A stretch of DNA of 64,000 nt from Macrostomum hystrix (GCA_950097015.1 CATNEN010000033.1:1364001-1428000); one strand, 5' to 3'. Positions 12,498 through 23,449 are shown, counted from the stretch's first letter. The notes: generated by a model not told the origin, from the sequence alone. A program made the numbers and translations.

Positions 12498-12827
12498 ATG
12501 CGGTCGATGCGGCCAATACAATTGTTTTTCCTGCTAGCCATGGCAACCATCGCCAGCGCTCGCAGGTGCCTGGTGAGCACTCCCACTGCCGACGGGGTCT
12601 GGACCACCGAGTACCAGACCTGCCACCCGGAGTCCAACTATTGCTTTCGCGGCCGTTTGACTGGCATTGGGGAGCGGGCGTTGCGGGAGCTGTTTGCGTG
12701 GCCGGTACGGCGCGGCCAGGTGCTGTACGCCTGCGTGGACACGCTCGATCCCCCGATGAATGAAATGTGGGACTGGTACGAGCGGAAGAGCATCCGCGTC
12801 TGTGCCATCGACGGCTGCAACAGCTGA
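12498..12827 (+). CDS. Small secreted three-finger/Ly6(LU)-like protein, 109 aa, intronless, 6 Cys
   Basis: Hydrophobic signal peptide (IQLFFLLAMATIASA), Cys spacing 'RRCLV...TCHPESNYCF...ACV', terminal 'CAIDGCNS*'. No GPI tail. Confidence 0.65.
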   Translation: MRSMRPIQLFFLLAMATIASARRCLVSTPTADGVWTTEYQTCHPESNYCFRGRLTGIGERALRELFAWPVRRGQVLYACVDTLDPPMNEMWDWYERKSIRVCAIDGCNS

Positions 12828-13234
12828 AGGACTTAATTCAATATTCGCGGGGGCGAGATGACTTGAGGCGGACTTTCTGTTCCACTCTTCTCCCTCTCAT
12901 TCAGTTTCGGCCTGGGGCTCATACGGACAGTTACTAGAAACAATGCACCAGCTTGACAATGCGGCAACTGTGGCGGACAATGCTGAGGGAGCCTGATATA
13001 ATAAAAATCACAACAAAATACAAAGCGAAGCGGAAGGGAAAGCTGCTTCGATCTCAGCTCAGCGCTATTGTGTCTTCTTGCTTTGCAAAAAAACTTTTTT
13101 AGTTCGGCTTTGACTATTTTTGTCCCAATTCCTTGTGACTCGAATGCTAGTGATTGCAAAGCGGACTTACAATACTTGCGGTTTCGTTTAAGCGCTCATC
13201 AAAAAAGGCTAGACAACAGGAATGGGTATTCCAC

Positions 13235-13585
13235 GGGGGTCGGTGTCAGAGCGGTTAACACGTTTGCCTCTCGCACCAAGGTCCCTAAGTTCGATTCCGT
13301 GGCGAGGCCACATTTATTTAAGGCGCAGCCGCGAAGTTAAGGCTCGGGGCTTGTCGTGCAATTTACACCTTTGAGGGCCAAACCTCCAAGGCACAGTGGC
13401 GGTATTCACTGTCTGACGATGAGAAAGTCAGGGAGCGTGTGTGAGCGTGTACCTGCGTACGGTACCTTCAAGCGTGTGTGCTCAGAAGTCAGAGAAAGGG
13501 GTGGTATAGCCTCCCCGCTGGCTCTAACGAATCTAATGTCACTAAATGATGCCATTACCCGCAGCCCTCATTCAATTATTTTTTT
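13235..13585 (+). mobile_element. tRNA-derived SINE, copy 1
   Basis: Box A-like TGTCAGAGCGGTTAA, box B GTTCGATTCC, body shared with copies at 34.4-36.5 kb, (ATT)-type tail. Confidence 0.8.
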
Positions 13586-15714
13586 CCTTCATGCACACCA
13601 TTGTGAGCGGATGTTCGACCATTGAAATGTGTTTATCGAAGTTAGTGAATTGTACACACAGTGGCTCAAACAAAGTTTGGGTCCTATTTTCACGAGAGCC
13701 AACTTGGTTTTCTAGAAAGCCCACCAGTTTCTAGCTCTGCCTTCTCCACAGATCAGAGACGGAGGGACGACTGGTTACTCGCCATCACTCGTCTTGGTCG
13801 TCTGACCTCAGCCAGACTCCTTACAGAAATTCTAGGCCAAATTGGCTTGCACTGCGCTCAAAGCTGGGACATTTCCGGTCTGGAAAAATCCTGGACAGGA
13901 AATTTACCACTCTTTCTTTCTTCTCGTGTCTTTTTGTGTGCGCGAGTGCATGCATAATTAATCAAACATCTCACTGCGCGCTGATATGAAGCACTTCATG
14001 AACACAACTCTGCCAACGAAGGAGAACCACTTCAATGGCTGCAGGACTGCAGACCACTTCGGCTCACTTGAATCACAGTTTTCTCGCTAAAGAGTCGCGT
14101 TTTGGCGGTAGCTTCGGCACCGGAAGAGCTTTTGCTGAGCTGATTTCATTTAGTCCTTGTTTTGTTATCAAGGAGTTCTATTTGAACTGATCACGTGCTG
14201 GCCAGAAACAAGTATATTTCGTTCCAATGTTTGAACTATTTGCAGCAGTATTCTCCCCGAAATCAACAAGCACTTCACTTATGCTTATCTAAATAAAACA
14301 TGCCCAACAGACTTCCAATTGAAGTTGCCTCCAGCACAGGGTGTTGAACAATTTTTGCAGCTGGGCTCTCTCGTAAAGGTCTTATCAGGTTTTCTCCCAA
14401 GCCCCGCTGCCTGCCTTCAGTACCTGGTGATCCAGGCTTCCACGATTTACAATTGTGGTGCCTGGGCACTGAGCACTGGCACTGCACTTTGTTTTGTGTG
14501 GACTTGACTATAACTTGAATTGCTCAAATTAGGTAACCCGTCTCTCCCCCCTCTCTCTTGCTATAGGCTGTCGAGCCACCCTCCCTCCTATCACTCTGTA
14601 CCCCCAATGTACTTCCGGAGGGCGTATTTAAACCGATTCGCTGAATTTGAAAAGGCGCGTTCTTAGGCCATTGACGCCAATTGATGGCATGACAACAATC
14701 TTGACAATTTTTACAACCGTCCGAAAACCACGTTCGTGCGTATATGAACAGGCTACTTGACAGTCGATAACTCTGCTAAATCAATCGACAATATCGATAG
14801 GAACATTTAAGCTTCGAGCAAGTTACGAGTAAAAGTTCTGGCATTGAATGTGCGTATTTTTAAGACAAAAATGTAGTAATATGATTAGTCGAAAGCTAGA
14901 TTAGATTTGAATCAATAAACCAAGCGCGAAGCAGCAAGCAGTTCAGCGCTCAGTCAATGCTTTACCAGGGCACAGAGTCAGGTCGCAACTATTCGAGTCG
15001 GTGATTTTCTCACCTCACTGCGCACATCGGCCTGTCTTTGATTAGCCAGACAGCTGCTTGGGCAACAGCCCCACTGACTTAGGCCATATATATATATATA
15101 TAGCAACACTGAGCCTCTACTAGACTTAAGCACAAAGATTTCTTAGAAATACGGTGTATCAACAAAATATGCGCGTCGATTTGCTTTCGAGGCAAGGTGG
15201 ATGCAAGATTTTTTGCCAAATTATCGAACTTCGGGTTTCGATTTTTTTCGTCTAGCTAATGGACTTGAAAGTTTTCTGCACACCAACTGACTAGGCAAAA
15301 AATTCACTCGCCAATATGGAAACTTAGAGATAGTCAGAAGCATCTAAATAAGCATTGCTATTTCGCTTGCTGGAGTTGTAAACAAATTTAGACGACTTTA
15401 CTAGCACACTAAGCCCCCCTTGGGGGGCACTACTGTTCAGACAAAAAATCTTGTGCAATGCAGAAGGACAAAACACACCTGAAAGCAAACAAAAACGAAA
15501 ACTCATTTCGTCAGTATTATTTTCCCTGATTGCGAATATACGTGATTGCGATTCAACGAGAATTAGAATTCTCACTAAATACAAAAATAGTCTGTCTGAG
15601 CTTGAATACATTCTGAGACATCCGGTCTGTACACCAAGAGCCCCATTGGGGCTAAATTACGCAAGTAACTTACGTTTGATACAACTCAGCTTAATGCTAC
15701 AAAGGTACATGTGA

Positions 15715-16005
15715 ATACTATCCCCTCGTGCCCGCGCGAAAACTCGCCCTTATGTAATCATTAAAATTGACAGTGGAATGCACGTTGCCAAAACTGGCTC
15801 TGATTGAATTCATTAAAAATCCTATCTAAAACAGTTTTTCGAAAATTTAACGTGTATACGTGTATAATTTTCCCCATATTTGGCATATTTTGATGAAGAA
15901 ATGGTGAAAATCGGTTGAGCCGTTCGGGAGAAAATCGATTTCTACAATATATAGAAATATAGTTTTGAATTTTAGTATATTGGATTTTAGTATATTGGAC
16001 TAGTA
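15715..16005 (-). mobile_element. Non-autonomous Helitron-like dispersed repeat
   Basis: Core AAAATCGGTTGAGCCGTTC is shared with 16960, 26965 and 27385. The minus-strand end has a GC hairpin followed by TAGT. Family assignment is inference. Confidence 0.45.
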
Positions 16006-16099
16006 AGTTTTGCCCACCTTCGGGGAGCAGAAATATTTTTAATTCGTCCAGTATATACTTTTTAGCAGCTGTGTTTTTCAGCTTTCTTAAGCTACAATG

Positions 16100-16450
16100 A
16101 TCCCCAGTTGACAATGATTACCCTGACCATTGACCATGACAATGACAATGATCCCCCAGTTGACAATGATCACGCAGTTGACAATGATCCCCAGTTGACA
16201 ATGATCCCCCAGTTGACAATGATCCCCCAGTTGACAATGATCCCACAGTTGATGATGATCCTACAGTTGATGATTAATCCCCCATTTGATGATGACTCCC
16301 CATTGATGATGATCCCCAGTTGACATCTATCAATGTTGAGCCTATATAACTATCAATGCTGAGCCTTGATAACTATCAATGCTGAGCCTTGATATCTATC
16401 CCTTCTGAGCCTAGATTTCTATCGATTCTGAGCCTGGATTTGTATTAATG
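16100..16450. repeat. Short paired arrays: 18-19-bp GTTGACAATGATCCCCA, then 23-bp CTGAGCCTAGATATCTATCAATG (degenerate)
   Basis: Same two monomers as the long arrays at 25200-26740. Confidence 0.8.
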
Positions 16451-16669
16451 CTGTCTTGATGTGTCATTGTTGTGCCTGGAAAACGGTTCAAATTTCTGGA
16501 ATTTGGTGCTTCGCTTGGATAGGAAAAAAGTTACTTGCTGCCAAGAAAGGCCGATCACTTGATCAATTCAGTTCTCAGCTGTAGCCTTTTGGAGTCGCTG
16601 TGAATCTGTTATATTGGTTGAATAAAACTCAATAAATGAAATAAAAATATCTCAGTGCCTAAAATATAT

Positions 16670-17035
16670 CAGAAGCCAGCTCAGCCTGTGCACATTGGGC
16701 AGTAATTATCTCGCCAGTGGGGTTGACACAGCTATTCACATTTGGGTGAGAAATTTCTGACAAAACTGGCTCTGATGAAATCATTAAAATTGGCACTGGA
16801 GCCTCACTGTGCACAAGCTGAAAGCAAGAATGCATTAGAAAAGCCCATTTAAAACTGTTTTTCTAATATTTTATTCCCTTGGAAATGAAATTAAGCATAA
16901 TAAAAATACGTGTACTGATTCGGGACCATTTGTGATCTTTTGGTGAAGGAATTGTGAAAATCAGTTGAGCCGCTCGCGAGAAAATCAATTTCTTGTATAG
17001 ACATATAGTTTCGAATTTTAGTATATTGGACTAGC
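16670..17035. mobile_element. Dispersed repeat (Helitron-like family), homologous to 27075-27460
   Basis: Shared CAGAAGCCAGCTCAGCCTGT...GGGGTTGACACAGCTA...AAAATTGGCACTGGAGCCTCACTGTGCACAAG and the ATCGGTTGAGCCG-like core. Confidence 0.6.
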
Positions 17036-17144
17036 AACAAAGACCCCCTTGGGGGAAAATAACGCTTTAAAGAAAAAAGGGAAAACTTGAAAATTGAAAT
17101 GAATTAGCATAAAAACGATTCTGATATTTTTCTGATATCTCCTT

Positions 17145-17368
17145 GATTAATCATGCTAACCCCTTTGGTTTATCATGCTATCCGTCGACAAAGCATGCTG
17201 CGTCTTCAATTTATGCTTTTCCCTCGATAATTCATGCTACACCCTTGATAATTCATACATTCCCTTCGTTAATTCCTGCTTCACCCTCGTTAAAACGTGC
17301 TACCCCTTGATAATGCATGCCTTCCCTTTATAATTTTTGCTTACCCCTCAATTATTCATGCTATCCCT
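17145..17368. repeat. Degenerate ~20-bp AT-rich repeat (GATAATTCATGCTTTCCCTC), left part
   Basis: Continues at 23450-24450 on the far side of the LINE insertion. Confidence 0.75.
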
Positions 17369-17382
17369 TACATACATCGTGC

Positions 17383-17616
17383 GCTCGCACCGGCGGGACA
17401 CAGTGCCTGTGAGGTATGAGTCAGTCCAGGCCCACGGGCTTTGGTCTGCGATGCCTCACACCTGCAGCCGTTTTTTGAGCAGGCCTGGCAGGAAGGAGAC
17501 CTGTACCTTCGGGTGCAGGAATCCCTCCAACGCTGTCCCGTCAGCTGACCCATGGGTACACGTCCCGCGAGTGTTCAAGGCTGACCCTAGGGCAGCCGGA
17601 CAGAATGGGCAACAGC
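17383..17616 (+). ncRNA. HDV-like ribozyme with a large J1/2 insertion at the exact 5' end of the LOA element
   Basis: P1 GCUCGC(17383-88)/GCGAGU(17567-72) with G1-U wobble; P2 CCCAU/AUGGG plus GCUG/CAGC; P3 GGG/CCC; L3 UACACGU; P1.1 AC/GU; P4 GGCUG..CCC-UA-GGG..CAGCC; J4/2 CAGA with catalytic C at 17601. Confidence 0.78.
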
Positions 17617-18051
17617 GCTGGATGACCCATCCAGGGCCTCCGGCCAAACTGGGTACCTCTAGCCCCGGCTGGAGGGAAAGGTGTCACCCTTTGACCTTAA
17701 CAGGGTATGTGGCTTGTCCGCAATTTTCGTGCACCTGTGCGTGATCAGGTACCTCTGGCTACGGCCCTGAGGGACAGGTGCCACCCTTTGACCTTAACAG
17801 GGTTTGCGGCCAGCCCGCAGGCCTCGGCGCCGGCTCAATGGCACCCTCCAATGTCCCAGTGTTGACCGTGCTGATGGACGCTTGGCCAGGGAGTAGTCTG
17901 GTCTCTTACGGTTCCTCCCGGTGGTCCTGGCATCCCACCCCGGGTTGTAACTTGTCTTTTTTGGCTGCCCCCGCTCAGTTTTGGGATCGCGGCTGAGCGG
18001 GTTATTCCTGCCTGTGTCTACAGGAAGCCCCTCTCTTCATTGCAGCTTTCA

Positions 18052-19599
18052 ATGGCTTCTAGCCCTTCAACTGCTCCGGCCGAGGACACCATGGTGCCTG
18101 AGGCCATACACGCTGCGGCGCCCGGGCTAGCTGGCCCCGCGACCGCCACAAATGCCGCGCTGCCCAACTCGCGCGATGACCGGGGCGCTAAGCGCTCCAC
18201 CACCTCTGGAGCGGCAAAACGCCGTAGGCGCATGCTGGCCCACGGCACGTCGGCTCCATTGACCAAGGACCAGGCCCAGGCCAGAGGGGCCGAAGGGGCT
18301 CTGCCTAGGGCGGGGGCTGGGGCGGGGGGCCTTGTGCCTCCTGCCCAGGCTCCTGCACGGGGCGGAGCCCACGACGCCCCGAGGCCAGGGTCGCGGGCCA
18401 AGGAGGGCCCGGCGCCCATCCGGACGGCTGCCCGGCCCGAAGGAGAAGCGGAGGCGGAGGGCCCTGTGCCCACCGCCGACGCAGATCCCGAGGGTGGGGA
18501 CGCCACCGGACAGGGCCCGGGACCACAAGCTACCTACGCCGCCATCGCACGTAGGCAACCTGCCGTCATCATCACCGGCAGAGACGGGAAAAGGCTGAGC
18601 AGCGAACAGCTCAGCGACATTTGCCGCAACATAGATGCTATGTTGTGGCAACTTCAACTGAAGGGCGAGCCCCTGGCGGTCGGCGCAAGCGCTACCAGGG
18701 AATCGTGCTTCGTCGTCTGGCCCGGCGATGCGGAATCGGGGCGGCGGCTCCTCGAGTTGCTGCCCACGCAGAGCTGGGCGGCTGGCCTCGAGTTCCTACG
18801 GGAGAACGAGCCACCAAAGACCAAGCGACACCGTATCTTCGTCCCGGCGAAAAGTGTCGTCACCAGCGCTGAGGACCTCCGCAGGGGCCTCATCGCGATG
18901 AACCGGGAGCTGCCGACAGCGGGCCTGATCGTGCACCGCACGATCCTGCGCCCCGACGGCACCGGTTTCACCGCCATTCTGGGCCTGTCCGAGCAATGGA
19001 CACGCCGCTACCCAGATGGCGCCAACATTTGCATTGGTCTGTGGAAGACCAAAATCTTCGCCTTCGAGGCGGATAAAACCCGAGGTCAGACCGGGCCCAC
19101 CACCGTACCGGCCAATGAAGGGTCCTCGGACCCCAAGGCTGGGACTGGGGGCAGGGCCCAGTCGTCCCGCCAAAAAAGGCCAGAGCGTGCCATCGCTGGC
19201 AGCTCTGAGCGTCGCCCCGCGCGTGTCACAAAGCGCCGGGGCCTTCTCCAGCGGGCCTCCGAGGTGGTGCGAACCGCCAAGATGGCCCAGCTGCGCGCTG
19301 AGATGCGCGGTGGCCCACCGGGGCAGGCGCCGCAACCAAGGGCTACGGGGGAGGCCTCAGAGGTGCCCAGCTCCATCGAGCAGGGCCCTTCGAGCGCCCC
19401 TCCCACGGCCCAGGGAGCGGTGTCGGCTCCAGTTGAGGGCGACTCTGGGCCTGGGCTCGGGGCCGGGGGCGGGGACTGGGCGGCTGACGCCGTCGAGTTC
19501 CCGTCTCCGGCTCGGGGCCTGGGCACGGAGGAGCCCATGGCTACCGACATCGACCCGGAGGAGGAGGACCGCCTTCTGGCTGGGTCCCCCTCCAAGTAG
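18052..19599 (+). CDS. LINE ORF1 protein (DUF4780-like central domain, no CCHC knuckle)
   Basis: First ATG at 18052. Low-complexity termini flank 'RHRIFVP...LIAMNRELPTAGLIV...G', which resembles LOA-clade ORF1 (from recall). Confidence 0.8.
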   Translation: MASSPSTAPAEDTMVPEAIHAAAPGLAGPATATNAALPNSRDDRGAKRSTTSGAAKRRRRMLAHGTSAPLTKDQAQARGAEGALPRAGAGAGGLVPPAQAPARGGAHDAPRPGSRAKEGPAPIRTAARPEGEAEAEGPVPTADADPEGGDATGQGPGPQATYAAIARRQPAVIITGRDGKRLSSEQLSDICRNIDAMLWQLQLKGEPLAVGASATRESCFVVWPGDAESGRRLLELLPTQSWAAGLEFLRENEPPKTKRHRIFVPAKSVVTSAEDLRRGLIAMNRELPTAGLIVHRTILRPDGTGFTAILGLSEQWTRRYPDGANICIGLWKTKIFAFEADKTRGQTGPTTVPANEGSSDPKAGTGGRAQSSRQKRPERAIAGSSERRPARVTKRRGLLQRASEVVRTAKMAQLRAEMRGGPPGQAPQPRATGEASEVPSSIEQGPSSAPPTAQGAVSAPVEGDSGPGLGAGGGDWAADAVEFPSPARGLGTEEPMATDIDPEEEDRLLAGSPSK

Positions 19600-19611
19600 A
19601 CCTCTGCCTGC

Positions 19612-22600
19612 ATGATGATCCCCGGAATATCATGTCTGCAAGTTAACACCCAGCACTGCGTGGCAGCATCAGTCAATCTGATGCGCACGACAGAGCGCAT
19701 GATGCCGGGCCTTGTACTTGTGCAAGAGCCCTGGCTATCAAAGAACAAGCCAAGCAACATTCCTGCTGGCTATGACTGCTTCTGCATGGCAGACTCTGTC
19801 CGCCCTAGATCACTGATCTATGCCGCAAAAGCCTTAAATGCGTGGATGAGACCCGATCTCTCTAACGGGGACATCTGCGTCATCCAATCTGCACACATTG
19901 TGCCTAACAAGTTGACCCTCGTGGCATCCGCCTACCTGGCAGGCGACGCCCCCGTGGTTAGCGATACCCTCGTCGCCCTCTGTGAATTCGCCAGGGCACG
20001 AAACTTCGAGCTGCTCCTCGCGGGAGATGTAAACTCGCATCACACCCACTGGGGTAGCTCAAAAATCAATGACCGCGGCGAAGAGCTCCTGGCCTTCGTC
20101 AGCGGCACGCCTCTAAACTTCTGCAATGTGGGCAACACGCCCACTTTCGACAATGGGCGGTGGGCTGAGGTGCTTGACGTCACCCTGGCCTCACCCGGCA
20201 TCCTCCCAAGGGTGCTGGGGTGGGAGGTGTGGGAGACCGAAAGCTCGCTCTCGGACCACCGTTTCATCCGTTTCAACATCGGCACCCCCGATAAGAAGCA
20301 AAAGCCTATTTGGAGGCGTAATGTCAGAAATACCGACTGGCCCGCGTTCAGCCAAAAGCTGCATGAGGGCCTTCGGGATTCTGACCCCTCCATGGCCATG
20401 GAAACCACGCAGGACCTGGATGGAGTGGCTGCCCTGCTGGGCGGCGCCATCACAGAGGCCTACGAAATGGCTTGCCCGCTCAAAGCCTACAAAGGCAAAA
20501 AATCGGCCCCCTGGTGGAACCCCGAGCTCGGAGTCCTAAGACGCCGAGCTAAGGCTCTCCAGAGGAAGCTGAAAACCTCGCACGACCCTGATGACAAAGA
20601 GGCCTATACTCGCGCCATCCATGAGTTTAAGGGCCGGGTCAGAAGGGCAAAAGCGGACAAGTGGCGACAATACTGCGAAGGGCTTGAGGGCTCGCGGCCC
20701 ACGGCCCGCGTGGTAAAGGCGCTCACCAACGACCGCTTCTCCAAGCTCTCATCGATTAAAAAGCCGGACGGCTCGATCACTGAGCGCCCGGAGGAAACGC
20801 TCGAGCTTATGCTAGGGCATTTCTTCCCGAGTGTACCGGCGCACTTCGGCCCAGACGACCACTCGCGTGGAGGTCAGGGCCTGGCTCAGTCACTCGTTAC
20901 GAATGACCGCATCGTTCGCGCGGCTAAGTCATTCAATCCTTTTAAAGCACCTGGGCCAGATGGTATATATCCGGCCTTTCTGCATGAAGCGGTTAAAAAT
21001 GGCCGCTTCCTCCATCTCCTCTGCAGACTTCTACGGGCCTGCATCGTGCTGGGCTACGTACCAGCGCGGTGGCATGAAGCCCGGGTCGTCTTCATCCCGA
21101 AGCCCGCCAAAGGCGACTATCGCTCGGTCAAGTCTTATCGCCCGATAAGCTTGACTTCCACCTGCCTCAAGCTCATGGAAAGACTGGTGCTCTGGCGCCT
21201 TCTTACTGTAGAGCTAGGGCGGGCCCCGCTCTCACCAAACCAGCACGCCTTTCGGGCGGGCCGGTCCACGGAGAGCGCCCTCCACTGCATTGTGGAGACT
21301 CTCGAGAAGGCAGTGCTGGGCAGCGGTTTTGCCCTGGCTGTTTTCCTTGATATTGAGGGGGCCTTCGATAACGTTATTTTCGAAGCCTTTGAGAAGGCCC
21401 TGGTTTCCAGGGCCACTCACCCCCACCTCGTCCGTTGGGTCATGTACATGATCCGGAATCGCCACGTGGTGGCCCACCTCGAAGGCAGGGTGCTCTCGGC
21501 ACCTGTCCTAAAAGGAGGGCCCCAAGGTGGCGTCCTCACCCCACTGCTGTGGAATCTCGTCATGGATGAGCTGCTAAAAAGCACTCGGCCTGACCCAGTC
21601 CTGAAGGTGGGATATGCCGACGATGTGACCGCCATCTGCGCGGGCCCCTCGGCGGAAACCACCAGGGACCTCATTCAGGGCTTTATCAACAGGGCGGTGC
21701 GCTGGGCGGACCAATGCGGGCTCCGACTCTCTGAGTCCAAGACCGTTGCGGTTATGTTTACCAGCAGGCTGCGCTGGACCATTGAGCCTCTGACTCTCTA
21801 TGGCAAGAATATTGCCATGGAAAAGCAGGTCCGGTGCCTTGGTATCCTGCTAGACCATAGGCTTAACTGGACCCCGCACATTACCACAAAGGCCAAGAGG
21901 GCCCTGGCCATTCTGGCGCAAGTCAGGCGAGCCGTGGGCACCACTTGGGGGCTAACCCCCAAAAACCTTTGGTGGATTTACACGGCGATCATTAGACCGT
22001 CAGTCGCTTACGCTGGCCTCATCTGGGCCAGTGCCATGAGCATCCAGAAAAACCTGGAGGCGCTTTATAGGGTGCAGGGCAGAGCCTGTCGCATGACGCT
22101 GGGCGCCCCACCCTCCACTCCCTTTGAAGGCATGAACGCTTTCCTCAACGCTACACCCATTGACATTTTTGTTAAGGGGGAAGCGGCAAAGTCCACCCGT
22201 CGTCTCCTTGATGCGGGTGTATCCTTCCAGAATTCGCGAGCCTTCTCGAAGCGCTCCCTTCTGCCCCACTCTGACCTCTGCCTGAAAACTCTGGGCGAGT
22301 GCGGAGGGCTCACCATCCTTTCGGACGGGGCCCCGGCCACTTTACTCCGGAGCCACAGGTACAAAGTCAGCATCTTCCCTCGTAATGAGGTAAAGGACTG
22401 CTGGGATGACCCCGCAGTCCACTGTTACACTGACGGCTCCCTGATGAACGGTAAATCGGGATTCGGGGTGTGCGTCGCCTCGGGTGGCGAGGTCCTCTGG
22501 ACCCACTCCCAACACTGTGGCAAGAGCTCAAGCGTTTTCCAAAACGAAATGCTCGCCATCAGCTTCTGTGCGGCTGAGCTGCGCCAGAGGCAGCTGGCTG

Positions 22601-23316
22601 GTCGGAGGATCTTTTTTCACTCCGACAGTCAAGCAGCCCTTAAGGCCCTCAGTCGCTGCACCTCTCGCTCCAGAACCACCTTGGACTGCAACACCCAGTT
22701 AAACGGTTTGGCGCAGTCTAACAAGGTGGAGCTGATGTGGATCCCTGGGCACGCCGGGCTCACAGGGAATGAGATGGCGGACGAGCTTGCAAAGGCTGGA
22801 GCAGCCAGCTCCCTGATGGGCCCGGGCCCGGAATCCCCGATCCCCGCCTCCGTTGTCAACTCCAGCATCAACCACTGGATGGAGACCCAGCACCGGAGGA
22901 GGTGGTCCAGCACCCTGAACTGTCGCCAGTCCAGGGCTGCGGTGCCAACCCCCTCTAGTAACCTGCGTAAGGCCTTACTCAGGCTAAACCGCAGAGACCT
23001 GAGAGCAGTCACCATGGCCCTTTCGGGACATGGCTGCTTCACCAGACACCGCTACCTCCAAGGCCACGTGCCTGAGGAAACGTGTCCTTTCTGCTGCTCC
23101 GGCCGTGAAAACGCCGAGCATTTCATTTGCCACTGCCCGGCCTTCACCCGGGCTAGGCTAAAACACCTCGGGCCGGCACCGACTCTTGCCGAAGCCTGCT
23201 CGCCCGAGAACATCCCTCAGCTCGCCCACTTCCTCCGGGATACCGGCCGAGCTGATTTCTTCCCAGCCTATGGCGAGGAAGATCGCGCGGCGGAACCGAC
23301 CGACGGACCACCCTGA
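19612..23316 (+). CDS. LINE ORF2 polyprotein: APE endonuclease, reverse transcriptase, RNase H, C-terminal CCHC
   Basis: VQEPW, GDVNSHH, SDHRFI; [37 protein letters not shown]; [34 protein letters not shown]; [14 protein letters not shown]. 1234 aa without a stop. Confidence 0.97.
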   Translation: MMIPGISCLQVNTQHCVAASVNLMRTTERMMPGLVLVQEPWLSKNKPSNIPAGYDCFCMADSVRPRSLIYAAKALNAWMRPDLSNGDICVIQSAHIVPNKLTLVASAYLAGDAPVVSDTLVALCEFARARNFELLLAGDVNSHHTHWGSSKINDRGEELLAFVSGTPLNFCNVGNTPTFDNGRWAEVLDVTLASPGILPRVLGWEVWETESSLSDHRFIRFNIGTPDKKQKPIWRRNVRNTDWPAFSQKLHEGLRDSDPSMAMETTQDLDGVAALLGGAITEAYEMACPLKAYKGKKSAPWWNPELGVLRRRAKALQRKLKTSHDPDDKEAYTRAIHEFKGRVRRAKADKWRQYCEGLEGSRPTARVVKALTNDRFSKLSSIKKPDGSITERPEETLELMLGHFFPSVPAHFGPDDHSRGGQGLAQSLVTNDRIVRAAKSFNPFKAPGPDGIYPAFLHEAVKNGRFLHLLCRLLRACIVLGYVPARWHEARVVFIPKPAKGDYRSVKSYRPISLTSTCLKLMERLVLWRLLTVELGRAPLSPNQHAFRAGRSTESALHCIVETLEKAVLGSGFALAVFLDIEGAFDNVIFEAFEKALVSRATHPHLVRWVMYMIRNRHVVAHLEGRVLSAPVLKGGPQGGVLTPLLWNLVMDELLKSTRPDPVLKVGYADDVTAICAGPSAETTRDLIQGFINRAVRWADQCGLRLSESKTVAVMFTSRLRWTIEPLTLYGKNIAMEKQVRCLGILLDHRLNWTPHITTKAKRALAILAQVRRAVGTTWGLTPKNLWWIYTAIIRPSVAYAGLIWASAMSIQKNLEALYRVQGRACRMTLGAPPSTPFEGMNAFLNATPIDIFVKGEAAKSTRRLLDAGVSFQNSRAFSKRSLLPHSDLCLKTLGECGGLTILSDGAPATLLRSHRYKVSIFPRNEVKDCWDDPAVHCYTDGSLMNGKSGFGVCVASGGEVLWTHSQHCGKSSSVFQNEMLAISFCAAELRQRQLAGRRIFFHSDSQAALKALSRCTSRSRTTLDCNTQLNGLAQSNKVELMWIPGHAGLTGNEMADELAKAGAASSLMGPGPESPIPASVVNSSINHWMETQHRRRWSSTLNCRQSRAAVPTPSSNLRKALLRLNRRDLRAVTMALSGHGCFTRHRYLQGHVPEETCPFCCSGRENAEHFICHCPAFTRARLKHLGPAPTLAEACSPENIPQLAHFLRDTGRADFFPAYGEEDRAAEPTDGPP

Positions 23317-23449
23317 GCGGCACCGCCTCGCTGGAGGCCGTCTGGCTGCCAGGGGTTAGCGATATGGGCGGCAACAGCCGCCTCCTCGCTGCGTCCGTCA
23401 TGGAGGCCCCCTGCCGCTAAGTCAAGTCAAGTAAGTACATACATCGTGC

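Larger units (their letters stand above)
17383..23435 (+). mobile_element. Full-length LOA-clade non-LTR retrotransposon (about 6.05 kb) with 14-bp TSD
   Basis: TACATACATCGTGC at 17369-17382 and 23436-23449. Intact ORF1 and ORF2. (T/C)AAGT repeat tail at 23418-23435. Clade inferred from the APE-RT-RNase H-CCHC layout and motif style. Confidence 0.93.

Noticed and set aside
13235-13310. Functional tRNA gene
   Set aside because: Acceptor and anticodon stems do not pair properly, and the sequence continues into a repeated SINE body.
13400-13440. Hammerhead-like CUGACGA directly after an ACAGUG/CACUGU stem in the SINE body
   Set aside because: No valid stem II followed by GAAA, and no UH cleavage triplet before stem I. 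CUGAC simply pairs with GUCAG as a hairpin.
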